Source of the DNA: Akkermansiaceae bacterium | GTDB lineage: Bacteria; Verrucomicrobiota; Verrucomicrobiia; Verrucomicrobiales; Akkermansiaceae | Reading direction: 5' to 3' | Assembly (NCBI GenBank): GCA_051251915.1 | Contig: JBPOGF010000001.1 | Location: 367,451 to 431,450 of the forward strand | DNA length: 64,000 bases | Shown: piece after piece, positions 17,909 to 27,656 of the stretch | How positions within the stretch are numbered: the first letter of the stretch is position 1 | How the letters are laid out: each line of letters opens with the position of its first letter | The notes under the pieces: generated by a model | The model's database searches: none | Told to the model about the DNA's origin: nothing | Seen by the model: only the letters and a program-made list of their open reading frames with translations | Made by a program: the position numbers and the translations under genes

Positions 17909-19135
17909 CTATTCAGCGAGGCTGTCTTTGATTTCAGGGGATTCGAGCATTTTCTTTTCTTCTTGCTGAAGCTCTTTGAGAGCTTTTTTCAATTGTTTGT
18001 GGAGAGGGCTATCTTTATTGATACCATGTTTTACAGAGAGTACTTTTCTGTGAATGGTGATGTAGGTTCGTATTTTTACTGCAAATTTTGCTATCTCTGG
18101 GTGAAGATTGTGTTGAATTTTACCAATGTTTCTAATCGCGTCCTTATGGGGGTCACTATGTGCATATTTGTCAACTGATCCACGGCTGTGTTTTGCCCTA
18201 GTGAATGGTGCTGTAGCTTTATTGATACGATTGAAGGAGCCGATAACTGAGTAACTTTTTGGCATTCTGTTGAGCTTGTAATAAGCTGCAATCAGTGCCG
18301 ATTGGTGGTTTTTCATCGCTTTGCCAGTGATAGCAATTTGCTTAAACACAGCGGAGGTTTTAAGTGCTAATTTTCCTTTGCTAGCAATGATTTTTTGAGC
18401 TTTACTGTAGGCAGCTAATGCCTTGGTTGTGTTCTCATCTAGGTCTTTAAATGCTACCTTCACAGCTTGATCTAGGTCTTTTACTGAAATAATTTGAATG
18501 CTGGTTAGAAGTTCAATTTCTCCGTCAATTGCAGCATCCATTACAGCGGGGATATTTTTTTCTGGGATAAGGATGTAGTTACATCCAGCATTTTTAGCGG
18601 CTCTAATTTTATCAACAACGCCGCCTATTGGTTGGATGGTTCTATCAGAGTTCATGTCACCTGTGCAGGCGAGGTCTTGCCGTAGTTCTTTTCCTGTGAA
18701 AATAGATTCGAGAAGGAGTGAGTAGGCTACTGCGGCAGAGGGGCCATCTTTGCCACCATGTTTATCGGCAAAGCTTATGGTTAGATTCTCACCTTTTGGC
18801 CAGCCATCGTATTTCAAAAACATACCTTTATTCACAGCGGTGAAAGATTTGATCATGGATTCACCAACATCCTGATTCAACTGCGTAGCCATAGGTTGGT
18901 CAATGTCGTCTGAAGGCAAGACGGAGGCAGTTAGCTTGGAGACAGACGCACCATAATTACCTTTAGTGATTTCTCTAATGAGAAGAGCGTTAATAGAGAT
19001 TTGGCGAATTTTAATTGGTAATTTTTTAGCAGTAGCTCCAGTTGGGCTAGGAACTTTGCTTGTTGGAGCCTTAGCGCTAATAAACTGAAATGATAGAACA
19101 AGAGTAAGAAAGTAGATGATAGTCTGATATTTCAT
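17909..19135 (-). CDS. Exported S16 (Lon C-terminal type) serine protease without AAA+ domain
   Basis: Signal peptide; KDGPSAA (catalytic Ser), ACTGD, PIGGVVDKIRAA (catalytic Lys), ILIPEKN. Confidence 0.88.
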   Translation of the reverse strand: MKYQTIIYFLTLVLSFQFISAKAPTSKVPSPTGATAKKLPIKIRQISINALLIREITKGNYGASVSKLTASVLPSDDIDQPMATQLNQDVGESMIKSFTAVNKGMFLKYDGWPKGENLTISFADKHGGKDGPSAAVAYSLLLESIFTGKELRQDLACTGDMNSDRTIQPIGGVVDKIRAAKNAGCNYILIPEKNIPAVMDAAIDGEIELLTSIQIISVKDLDQAVKVAFKDLDENTTKALAAYSKAQKIIASKGKLALKTSAVFKQIAITGKAMKNHQSALIAAYYKLNRMPKSYSVIGSFNRINKATAPFTRAKHSRGSVDKYAHSDPHKDAIRNIGKIQHNLHPEIAKFAVKIRTYITIHRKVLSVKHGINKDSPLHKQLKKALKELQQEEKKMLESPEIKDSLAE

Positions 19136-19233
19136 AATAACGCTTCCAAGATACCTATGAGTTTAATCGGGAGCAAGAAGATAAACCTGAAGAGTTATCT
19201 TAGTTTCAAGCTCTAAGGGTAAAAGTAGAGTGG

Positions 19234-22200
19234 TTACTTATTCTTTATGAAGCCGATGGTTACTGGGATGAGGCAGGCGATGAGGATGAGGAGGATGTAG
19301 GGTAGGATGCCGGTGGTTTTGTTGGCTTTGTGTGGGGTGAATGCTTTCTCTTCGGATTGAGTTGTAGCTAGGTTTGTTGTTTCTGGGTGAGGTAGGGTGG
19401 TGGCGTCTAGTGGGGTGGTGGTGTTTCCTAGCTCTTTTCTGACTTTGGCTACTTCTTCGGTGGTGATGGGGGTGGAGTTGTTGTTCCAGTCTGGGTTGGT
19501 TCTGATGTAGGTTAGGATGTTTGCTAGGTCGTCATCGCTGAGTCTGGCGTTGCTGGGCATGGCGATGGTGTCGTAGACTTTGCCTTTGACTTTGATGGGG
19601 CCGGTGAGGCCGAGGAGTTGCATTTTGATGAGGGTTTCTTTGTCGCCGCTGACCCATTCTGATCCGGCTAGTGGAGGGAAGGTTTCGTTGCCTTCGCCGG
19701 AGGGTTGGTGGCATGCCATGCAGTTCATTTCGTAGAGTTGCTTTTGACGCTGAGCTAGTGGCATTTCTTTGATTTGTGCATCGGTTTTGACTTCGTTGAG
19801 GTCGAATGGTTTGGCTTCTACGGCGGCGACGATGTGTTTGCCTTTTTCGTCTTCGAGGGAGTCTAGGAATGCGAGTACGTCACGGGTTTCTTTAAGGGTG
19901 AGCTTGTCCTTCATGGAGGGCATGGCTGAGTTTGAGAAGGAGAGGCTTTGGTAGTCGCTGTGTGAGATGAGGCGCGGTGCGTCTCCGATCTGGACGACGA
20001 GTCCTGCTGGTCTGTAGTCTAGGATGGTGCCGGAGACTTGGCCTTTCTCGAATTCAGCGGTGACGGTGCCGAAGCCTGGGGCGATGGATTCGTCTGGGAT
20101 CATGATGGCTTCTAGGAGGTCTTTGCGGAGGTGGTGGACTCGCTTGGCGATGCCTGCGAGGTTAGGGCCTGCGTCTCCGCCGCCGTCGTGGACGGTGAGG
20201 TAGTCTGTGTGGTGGCATTTGGCGCATTGTGCGGTGCCTTGGTTCTTGAAGGTGAGTCTGCCCGCTACTGGGTCACCGCCGTGGAGAGCTGGGAGCCATT
20301 TGGCGAGGGGTTCAGATTTAGGGTAGCTGCGCTGGTATTTTTTGAGGGCGGCTTTGACGTCTGGGTCGAGGAAGGTTTTGGCGACGTCTAGGATCTCGAT
20401 GGCTGCGAGGTGTTCTTGGGCGCGGTCTGTGAGGTTGTGGATGGAGGAGATGAGGTGTTTGTTGGTTTGCTCGCTTTGGATGCCTTGGAATAGAGGCCAG
20501 GCTTGTTGTTGGAGTTTGGCGACTGGTTGTTTGGTGGCGCGGATGAGTGCGCGGTGTGTTTGTGGTGATTCTGGTGCGTGTTTGGCGACTATTTTTAGTG
20601 CTTGGGTGACTAGGGGTAAGTTTTTGTGGTTGGTTAGTTTAGCGGCTTGGGCGGCTCCTGCATCTGGGGATTTGGTGAAGAGGAGGTCGAGTGCTTTTGC
20701 TCTGACTGGTGGTGAGATTTTGGAATCTTGGACGAGTGCGGTGAGCTTGGTTTCATCCATGTCTGGGAGGTCTAGCTGGTAGCTCTGGATGAGGTGGAAT
20801 GCTTGTTCTGCGACGAAGCTGTCTGAGTCTAGGAGGTTTTTGATTTCAGATGCTAGGGTGTCTTTGATGAGTTGATTCTCGGCGGGGTTTCTTATGAGTG
20901 GTGCGTGTTTGCCGAGGCTTTGGTCGGCGGGGTTAGGGGTGAGCCAGATGTCTAGGAGGCGGAGTGCTTCTTGGCGTTGTTCTTGGTCGCGGGTGGGGTC
21001 AGTGGCGAATTTGGTGAGGCGTAGGATGTTGTCTTGACCACCGACTCGGAAGGCGGAGTGGATGAGGCGGCGCTGCATCATGGGGGTAAGTTTTTTGTTG
21101 AGAGAGGTGTTGTCTAGGAGCTTGGCGACAGCTGGTTGGAGGTCGAGGAGTTGTTGGTCATGAATGGCGCGGATGGCTGCTTGCCAGACTTTGGGGTTGG
21201 CGTCGTTTAGTGAGTTTGCTAGTGCTGGGTCTTGTTGTTTTCTGAGTGCAAGGACGGCTGCTAGTCTTACTTTTTCGTTGCTGTGACGCTGTGGGATGGT
21301 GAGGTCTGGGGAGACTGCGAGGAGGGCTTGGACGCCGGAGTGGCGTGTGTGGGCGTCTGCTGGTGAGGCGATGATGTAGTCGATGACTTGATTTTCTAAC
21401 AGGAGCTCTGGGTGTCTGCCGATGGAGAGTGCTGCGAAGGAGCTGACGCGTTGGCTTTTGTCTGTTAGGCCGGCGGCTAGGGTGGCTTTTAGGTCTGGGT
21501 GAGCGGGTGCTTCAGAGAGGACTTTGATGGCTTGGGCGCGGACTTCTGGGTCTTGGTCGGTGGCCCATGTGATGAGTTCTGCTGTGGCTTGGAGGTCTTG
21601 GTTTTTGCGTGCGAGCATTCCTAGTCCCCAGATTCCGTGGAGTCTCATGAGGCGGTTTTGTGTTTGCTGGATGGCGGTGTGGAAGTGTGAGCGGGCGTCT
21701 TCTAGCTCAGTGATGGTGAACTGGGCGCGGAGTCTGACGCGCATGTCTGGGTGGCCTAGGAGGGGGAGGAGTTTAGCTAGGGGTAAGTTTTCTATGCCTT
21801 GGCTGATGAGGGTTTTGACTTCGTCTATTTTGTCGGCGTTGACTGGGGAGTCTGGGGTTATTTTATAGATTCTACCTTGTTGGTGGGTGTGCCAGCCTTT
21901 GATGAAGTCTGTGACGTAGACGCTGCCGTCGTATCCGTATTCGATGTCTGTGGCAGCTACGTTTGCGTTGAATTTGGTGGGGTTGAGGAATTTCATTCCT
22001 GCTCCGTCTGGCTCGATGCTGAAGCTCTGGATGAAGCTGGCTGTGGGTGCGCCTTTGTAGTCACAGATGAGGAATTTATTGGCGTAGTCTGGGTGTGCTC
22101 CGACGCCTGGGTCGTAGGTGAGTCCGCTGGGGCCGTTGGTGAAGTTTCCGATGGGGGGGAGGATGTTGAGTGGCTGGTCAGAGTTTTCTGTGTGCCACAT

Positions 22201-23190
22201 TTTTTCTACCATCCAGCGGCTGATGGGGTGTTTTTCTAGGCCGATGGTGTTGTGGAAGCTGTGGAGGATCTGGTGTCCCATGCGCCAGCCTGAGTCTGCT
22301 TGGTCAACGAAGTAGACGACGCGTGCTTCGTCTCCTTGGTCTGAGTTGTTGTCGACGGTGATGCCGTTGCCGAATTGGTCGAAGGCGATTTCTTTTGGGT
22401 TACGGAGTCCGGTGTGGACGATTTCTAGGTTGGAGCCATCGGGGTCGAACCGCATGATGGCGCCTTGGCCTGGGAGGACGTAGTGTTTGCCTTCTTTGGT
22501 TTTGATGTTGATGCCGCGGTCGCCGATGGTGGCGTAGATGCGGCCGTCTGGGGCGAGGGTGAAGCCGTTGAGGTCGTGTCCGGAGTATGAGACGCGGACG
22601 CCGAAGCCTTCTTGGAGTGATGTTTGTTGGTCGGCGATGCCGTCGTTATTGGTGTCTTTGAGGGTCCATATGTTAGGGATACAGGCGAAGTAGGTGGTGC
22701 CGTTGTAGCTGAAGATGCCTGCGGCGGTGCCGTCTAGTGGGTTGTTAAATCCGTCTGCGTAGAGGTTACTGGAGTCTAGGGTTCCGTCTTGGTTGGAGTC
22801 GAAGATGCGGCGGATTTTTTCTGCGTTTTGGGTGTAGTGTTCTGGTTTGATTCTGTCGTAATATTTCTCGTAGAGCTTGAGTCGATCTGAGGTGGTCTGA
22901 CTTGCGATGTCGTCTGGGATCCAGAATCTGCGGCCTCGGTTGTCATCGACGCCGTGGTTGTTCATGAATCTCCAGGTTTCTGAGATGAAGATATTTCCTT
23001 GTTCGTCTAGTGTGAGGGCGGTGGGGGATACGATGCCGTGCGATGCGTGGTCACCGATGATGGTGAGCTTGGAGTTCTCAGGGATGGTGATGAGGGGGAT
23101 GGCTTCACTGGAGGTAAGTTTTTGAGCGTGGGAGCTAAGGCTGAGTCCAAGAGTGAGTGTGAGTGCGGTGGTGATGAGTGATTTGATCAT
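19234..23190 (-). CDS. PVC-type membrane-bound dehydrogenase: glucose/sorbosone-DH-like beta-propeller, HEAT repeats, two c-type hemes
   Basis: Signal peptide; GLRNPKEIAFDQFG..DNNSD; HEAT-like repeats (HPDMRVRLRAQF, DQDPEVRAQA); CAKCH and CMACH; C-terminal TM. Confidence 0.88.
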   Translation of the reverse strand: MIKSLITTALTLTLGLSLSSHAQKLTSSEAIPLITIPENSKLTIIGDHASHGIVSPTALTLDEQGNIFISETWRFMNNHGVDDNRGRRFWIPDDIASQTTSDRLKLYEKYYDRIKPEHYTQNAEKIRRIFDSNQDGTLDSSNLYADGFNNPLDGTAAGIFSYNGTTYFACIPNIWTLKDTNNDGIADQQTSLQEGFGVRVSYSGHDLNGFTLAPDGRIYATIGDRGINIKTKEGKHYVLPGQGAIMRFDPDGSNLEIVHTGLRNPKEIAFDQFGNGITVDNNSDQGDEARVVYFVDQADSGWRMGHQILHSFHNTIGLEKHPISRWMVEKMWHTENSDQPLNILPPIGNFTNGPSGLTYDPGVGAHPDYANKFLICDYKGAPTASFIQSFSIEPDGAGMKFLNPTKFNANVAATDIEYGYDGSVYVTDFIKGWHTHQQGRIYKITPDSPVNADKIDEVKTLISQGIENLPLAKLLPLLGHPDMRVRLRAQFTITELEDARSHFHTAIQQTQNRLMRLHGIWGLGMLARKNQDLQATAELITWATDQDPEVRAQAIKVLSEAPAHPDLKATLAAGLTDKSQRVSSFAALSIGRHPELLLENQVIDYIIASPADAHTRHSGVQALLAVSPDLTIPQRHSNEKVRLAAVLALRKQQDPALANSLNDANPKVWQAAIRAIHDQQLLDLQPAVAKLLDNTSLNKKLTPMMQRRLIHSAFRVGGQDNILRLTKFATDPTRDQEQRQEALRLLDIWLTPNPADQSLGKHAPLIRNPAENQLIKDTLASEIKNLLDSDSFVAEQAFHLIQSYQLDLPDMDETKLTALVQDSKISPPVRAKALDLLFTKSPDAGAAQAAKLTNHKNLPLVTQALKIVAKHAPESPQTHRALIRATKQPVAKLQQQAWPLFQGIQSEQTNKHLISSIHNLTDRAQEHLAAIEILDVAKTFLDPDVKAALKKYQRSYPKSEPLAKWLPALHGGDPVAGRLTFKNQGTAQCAKCHHTDYLTVHDGGGDAGPNLAGIAKRVHHLRKDLLEAIMIPDESIAPGFGTVTAEFEKGQVSGTILDYRPAGLVVQIGDAPRLISHSDYQSLSFSNSAMPSMKDKLTLKETRDVLAFLDSLEDEKGKHIVAAVEAKPFDLNEVKTDAQIKEMPLAQRQKQLYEMNCMACHQPSGEGNETFPPLAGSEWVSGDKETLIKMQLLGLTGPIKVKGKVYDTIAMPSNARLSDDDLANILTYIRTNPDWNNNSTPITTEEVAKVRKELGNTTTPLDATTLPHPETTNLATTQSEEKAFTPHKANKTTGILPYILLILIACLIPVTIGFIKNK

Positions 23191-23201
23191 GACGGAAATT
23201 G

Positions 23202-24629
23202 TTATTTAGTTGCTTGAGTGTGGAAGTCACCTCCTAGGGCGAGGTGGAGGTCGATGCGGTTAAGGAGGCGGCTGTTGCGAAGATTGATGAGGGAGGAGCG
23301 GGCGTTGTTGGCGCGGCGTTGAGATTCTAGGATTTCTAGGATGCCGGAGTTTTCGATTCCTTCGGAGTAGTCGAGCTCGGCGGATCTTTCGGCGAAGGTG
23401 GCTTGTTTACTTTCTTGGATGAGGAAGAGTTCTTGTTTTTTGAGTGAGTCGTCGCGAGCGATGGCGGCTTCGACTTCACTGAAGGCCCGGATGGCGGTAG
23501 TGGAGTAGTCGTAGATGGCGGCTTTGTTTCTGGCGAGAGCTGCTTGGGCGTTGGATTTGAGTTCGCCTCCGTTATAGATGCTTTGGGTGAGGGAGGCGGC
23601 TACGTTTGCGGCGATAAAGTGTGGGTTGAAGAGGTTGCTGGCAGAGGTGTCGCCGGTGGAGGCGCGGGAGGAAAGGCTGATGGAGGGGAGGAGGTTTTTG
23701 CGGGTTGCGTCTGCTTGTTTTGCTGAATTGAAGATGTCTAGCTGGGCTGCTACGAGGTCTGGTCGGCGGGAGACGAGGGTGGCTGGAAGGCTTACGGGGA
23801 TGGAGTCTTTGAGGTGTGGTAGGGTGTTAGATGCTTGGATTTCTGCGGCTGGGTATCTGCCGAGTAGGGCTTCTAGGGTTCTGGCGGAATTGTCGCGCTG
23901 AAGGGTGGTGCTTTCTATAGATCTCTGGGCGGATGCTACGTTGGTGCGGCTGAGTTGGACGGCGATGGCTCGGGTGCCTGGGACGCCTGCTTTGTAGTTA
24001 CGCTCGACGATGTCTTTATTTTTTTTGAAGGATTCGAGGGTTTGTATGGCGAGTTGTAATTGTTGGCCGGCGGTGACTAGGTTACAGTATGCTTTGGCGG
24101 TGTTTGCTGCGAGTGAGAGTCTGGCGTTGCGGTAGTCTTCTACTGAGGCTTTGTAGTTGGAGATGGATACATCATTTAGGTCGCGGAGTCTGCCCCAGAT
24201 GTCTGGTTCCCAAGAGGCGTTGATGGAGAGTCCGTAGGATTCGCTGATGCTACGGGAGGAATCACCATTTCCGCTTCTGGATCGTGAGGTAGAGGAGGAG
24301 GCAGAGACAGAGGGGAGGAGGTTGGCTTTGGCGCCGATGGTGCCGAGTTTGGTGGCGCGGAGTCTGGCAGCAGCTGCGTTGAGGTTGGGGTTGTTAGAGA
24401 TGGCTTCGTTTACTAGACGGGTCATGGCTGGTGAGCTGAACTCTGTGAGCCAGGCGGTGGAAATGCGTCCGTGTTGGCCTTTTGAGGCTGCACTCCATGA
24501 ACTGGGCGCGGTGTTGTTGATGGTGGAGACGCTGCCAGTCTTTACGTGTTTTGCGCATCCTGCTAGTGAAAGGATGAGGATGGATAGAGTGGTGGTGCGA
24601 AGAATGGAGCGGAATGCCTTAGTTGCCAT
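23202..24629 (-). CDS. Outer-membrane efflux lipoprotein, NodT/TolC family
   Basis: Lipobox LAGC; NNPNL, SWEPDIWGRL, RRPDL, IDLHLALGG. Confidence 0.92.
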   Translation of the reverse strand: MATKAFRSILRTTTLSILILSLAGCAKHVKTGSVSTINNTAPSSWSAASKGQHGRISTAWLTEFSSPAMTRLVNEAISNNPNLNAAAARLRATKLGTIGAKANLLPSVSASSSTSRSRSGNGDSSRSISESYGLSINASWEPDIWGRLRDLNDVSISNYKASVEDYRNARLSLAANTAKAYCNLVTAGQQLQLAIQTLESFKKNKDIVERNYKAGVPGTRAIAVQLSRTNVASAQRSIESTTLQRDNSARTLEALLGRYPAAEIQASNTLPHLKDSIPVSLPATLVSRRPDLVAAQLDIFNSAKQADATRKNLLPSISLSSRASTGDTSASNLFNPHFIAANVAASLTQSIYNGGELKSNAQAALARNKAAIYDYSTTAIRAFSEVEAAIARDDSLKKQELFLIQESKQATFAERSAELDYSEGIENSGILEILESQRRANNARSSLINLRNSRLLNRIDLHLALGGDFHTQATK

Positions 24630-24684
24630 GGTGGGTATTCTAGCGATGTGGGAATTTTTTCAAGCTAGATGTGAGGGAGAGGAA

Positions 24685-24721
24685 TAAAAAAGCTCACTGA
24701 GGCTAGGCCTAGTGAGCTTTT
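24685..24721. terminator. Bidirectional-type intrinsic terminator downstream of aspS
   Basis: aaaaaagctcact-gaggctaggcct-agtgagcttttt. Confidence 0.85.
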
Positions 24722-24749
24722 GAGAGATTATTACGGGTGAAAGCCGTGT

Positions 24750-26567
24750 TTATTTAGCAGGGGCTGCTTGTGGGGCAGGTTTGTCCTGTTTCTTGGTGCT
24801 TTTGATGTAGAGTTCGCGGAGTTGCTTGAAGTCTACTTCTGCTGGGGACTGGGACATGAGGTCTGAGCCGCGGTTGTTTTTAGGGAAGGCGATGACTTCA
24901 CGGATGGAGTCGCTTCCTGTTACTAGCATGGCGATGCGGTCGAGTCCTAGGGCTACGCCGCCGTGGGGTGGTGCGCCGAAGCTGAATGCTTCTAGGATGT
25001 GACCGAACATGGTCTTCTTCTCTTCTTCTGTGACGCCTAGCGCGGTGAACATTGAGTCTTGGAGGTCTGTCTCGTGGATACGGATGGAGCCACCACCTAG
25101 TTCGAATCCGTTGAGGACGACATCGTATGCTTGGGCTCGGAGATCTTTGTATTCACCTGCTTTTAGCTTGGCTTCGTCTTCTGGGACTGGGCGGGTGAAT
25201 GGGTGGTGGACTGCGTGCCAGCGGGCGTCTTCTTCGTTGTAGGCTAGGAGTGGGAATTCTGTTACCCAGAGGAAATTTAGCTCGGTGTTGTCTTTGAGGA
25301 GTTCTTGATATTCCGCGCATTTGATGCGGACTCTGCCGAGGACGTCACAGACGGTGTCCCAGTCACCAGCTCCGAATAGGATGAGGTCACCTTCTTCGAT
25401 GTTCATGGTTTCCTTCATTGCGGCTAGTTCTGAGTCGCTGAGGAATTTTGTGATTGGTGAGCGCCAGTCTTTTGGTTCTGGTCCGCGTGCCTGGATATAG
25501 GCGAGGCCACGTGCACCGGCTTCGATGGCTAGCTTGGTGAGTTTGTCGATCTGGCCAGTGGATGCGCCGCAGAATCCTTTGGCGTTGATGGCTTTGATAC
25601 ATCCGCCTGCTTTGAGTGCGCCGGAGAATACTTTGAACTCAGAGTTAGCGAAGACTTCGCCGAGGTCTGTGAGGTGCATTCCGAATCTGCGGTCTGGTTT
25701 GTCTGAGCCGAAGGTGTTGAGCGCTTCGTTGTAGGTGATGCGGTCGAACGTGGCAGGGACGTCAGCGTTGATGGATTCTTTGAAGATTCTGCCGAGGAGT
25801 TTTTCGATGAGGGTGATGATGTCGTTTTCCTGGACGAATGATGCCTCGATGTCGATCTGTGTGAATTCTGGCTGACGGTCAGCGCGGAGGTCTTCATCAC
25901 GGAAGCAGCGTGCGATCTGGAAGTATTTCTCAATGCCGCCACACATGAGGAGTTGCTTGTATTGCTGTGGGGCTTGTGGAAGGGCGTAGAAGTTTCCGGG
26001 GTGCATGCGTGATGGCACGAGGAAGTCACGGGCGCCTTCTGGTGTGGACTTGGAAAGTATGGGTGTTTCGATTTCTAGGAAGCCGTCTTCGTCTAGGACG
26101 TCACGTGTGGTTTTGGTGATACGGTGACGGATCTTCATGTTGCGCGCCATGGTAGGGCGGCGGAGGTCTAGGAAGCGGTATTTGAGGCGCATGTCCTCGT
26201 TGTTGATGTCTTTATCAAGAGGGAAGGGGAGGACTTCTGATTTGTTGACGATGGTGAGTTCTGTGGCTGATACTTCAATCGCGCCGGTGGAGATGTCTGC
26301 GTTTGCGGTGGATTTGCCTTCGAATTCTGGGCGTTCTTCAACGATGCCTGTGATCTGGATTACGTCTTCATGGCGAAGTGACTTTGCGAGTTCTGCGATC
26401 TGAGCGTTAGTTTCTGGGCGGAAGACACACTGGGTGAGGCCTTCGCGGTCACGGAGGTCGATAAATGCTACACCACCGTGGTCTCGGTTGGAATTCACCC
26501 ATCCGATGAGGGTGACGGTTTTGCCGATGTCTGAGTGCTGGAGTTCGTTGCAGTGGTGTGTTCTCAT
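24750..26567 (-). CDS. aspS: Aspartate--tRNA ligase
   Basis: MRTHHC, RDHGG..FIDLRD, STPEGARDFLVPSR, LPQAPQ, CFRDEDLRADRQPEFTQ, GAPPHGG..LGLDR. Confidence 0.98.
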   Translation of the reverse strand: MRTHHCNELQHSDIGKTVTLIGWVNSNRDHGGVAFIDLRDREGLTQCVFRPETNAQIAELAKSLRHEDVIQITGIVEERPEFEGKSTANADISTGAIEVSATELTIVNKSEVLPFPLDKDINNEDMRLKYRFLDLRRPTMARNMKIRHRITKTTRDVLDEDGFLEIETPILSKSTPEGARDFLVPSRMHPGNFYALPQAPQQYKQLLMCGGIEKYFQIARCFRDEDLRADRQPEFTQIDIEASFVQENDIITLIEKLLGRIFKESINADVPATFDRITYNEALNTFGSDKPDRRFGMHLTDLGEVFANSEFKVFSGALKAGGCIKAINAKGFCGASTGQIDKLTKLAIEAGARGLAYIQARGPEPKDWRSPITKFLSDSELAAMKETMNIEEGDLILFGAGDWDTVCDVLGRVRIKCAEYQELLKDNTELNFLWVTEFPLLAYNEEDARWHAVHHPFTRPVPEDEAKLKAGEYKDLRAQAYDVVLNGFELGGGSIRIHETDLQDSMFTALGVTEEEKKTMFGHILEAFSFGAPPHGGVALGLDRIAMLVTGSDSIREVIAFPKNNRGSDLMSQSPAEVDFKQLRELYIKSTKKQDKPAPQAAPAK

Positions 26568-26687
26568 GTTGATTGATTTTTGTGAAATTTTTGCTTCTAA
26601 TAAGCGTGCGGAGGTGGGTGTCTTAGAAAACAGGACAAATGTCGAGTCTAAGCTTTAGAAAAGATGACATATTTTGGAGCGAAGAAA

Positions 26688-27041
26688 CTAGAATTTTTTC
26701 TGGCTTTTGCGTTGTTTACGCGGGACTTGTGTAGCGAGGACGCGTTGGTAGTTTTTCTCTTTGATGAGGAAGAGTGGATAGAGGTGCTCTTCGATCCAGT
26801 CGAATCCGGCTTGGAGTCCATTTTCCTCGTAGACTCTGCCTATTTCGGCTTCTACTGAGGTGGGGTTACCTTTGCTTTTTAGGAATTCATTGGAGGTGAA
26901 GCGGACAAACATTTCGCCGTCCATTTCGCCTTTTTCTTTGAGTATCCATTCGCGGACGTAGAGGGCAAGGACGGCATCGCCTACCCAGGCTTCTTCGCGC
27001 TCTTTGGTGAGAGCGAGGTCTTTTTTCTTTGGAGCTGCCAT
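26688..27041 (-). CDS. Stand-alone RNase III catalytic domain protein (Mini-III-like)
   Basis: AWVGDAVLALYVR signature and TSVEAEIG second acidic motif; 117 aa, no dsRBD. Confidence 0.75.
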   Translation of the reverse strand: MAAPKKKDLALTKEREEAWVGDAVLALYVREWILKEKGEMDGEMFVRFTSNEFLKSKGNPTSVEAEIGRVYEENGLQAGFDWIEEHLYPLFLIKEKNYQRVLATQVPRKQRKSQKKF

Positions 27042-27053
27042 GTGGGTGAAGCT

Positions 27054-27629
27054 TTAGCGACTCATACGATTTCGTAAAGCAGTTTCCGACACTCCGTCCC
27101 AATATCCACTCTCTAGTTCCATGAATACGGATGTGTAGGGGAGGCTGGTGGTGGTTTTGATAACGAGGATGCGGTAGTTTTTACGGGCATCTGTGATGAG
27201 TAGGTTGAGGGCGTTGTTCGTGAGAGTGAGGGTTTCTCTTTCGTTGAGGACTTCTTTGAGTTTGGTGCGATAGTTATTGATGCCTGGAGTGTCATGTTCT
27301 GTGACGGCATCAGCTTCGCGGATGAGGTGGATGCGCGGGCGGACGTGGCTGTGGGCGTCGATGGACTGGAGGACGCCATCTAGTGCCTCAGTGGTATTTA
27401 CTGGGGTGGTGATGGTGGTGACTCCGCTTCTTGATAGAGCTGGGAAAGATGGCTCAGCGACTATGACCCAGTTGAAGGAGCCTAGTTTGTGTACTTCTTG
27501 GTCAACGGTTGTGAGCCAAGTTGGCGCTGTGGATAGCCAGGTGACAGAGGGGTCTTGTGGAATGGGTTGTTGGCAGGAGACGAGAAAGTTAAACGCTGCG
27601 AAAAATGAGATGGTGAGTTTGTTTTTCAT
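27054..27629 (-). CDS. RbsD/FucU-like lipoprotein
   Basis: Lipobox LVSC; LGSFNWVIVAEPSFP and ILVIKTTTSLPYTSVF resemble RbsD/FucU N- and C-terminal motifs. Confidence 0.65.
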   Translation of the reverse strand: MKNKLTISFFAAFNFLVSCQQPIPQDPSVTWLSTAPTWLTTVDQEVHKLGSFNWVIVAEPSFPALSRSGVTTITTPVNTTEALDGVLQSIDAHSHVRPRIHLIREADAVTEHDTPGINNYRTKLKEVLNERETLTLTNNALNLLITDARKNYRILVIKTTTSLPYTSVFMELESGYWDGVSETALRNRMSR

Positions 27630-27656
27630 ATTACGTTTGAATTAAAGTGATCTTAT

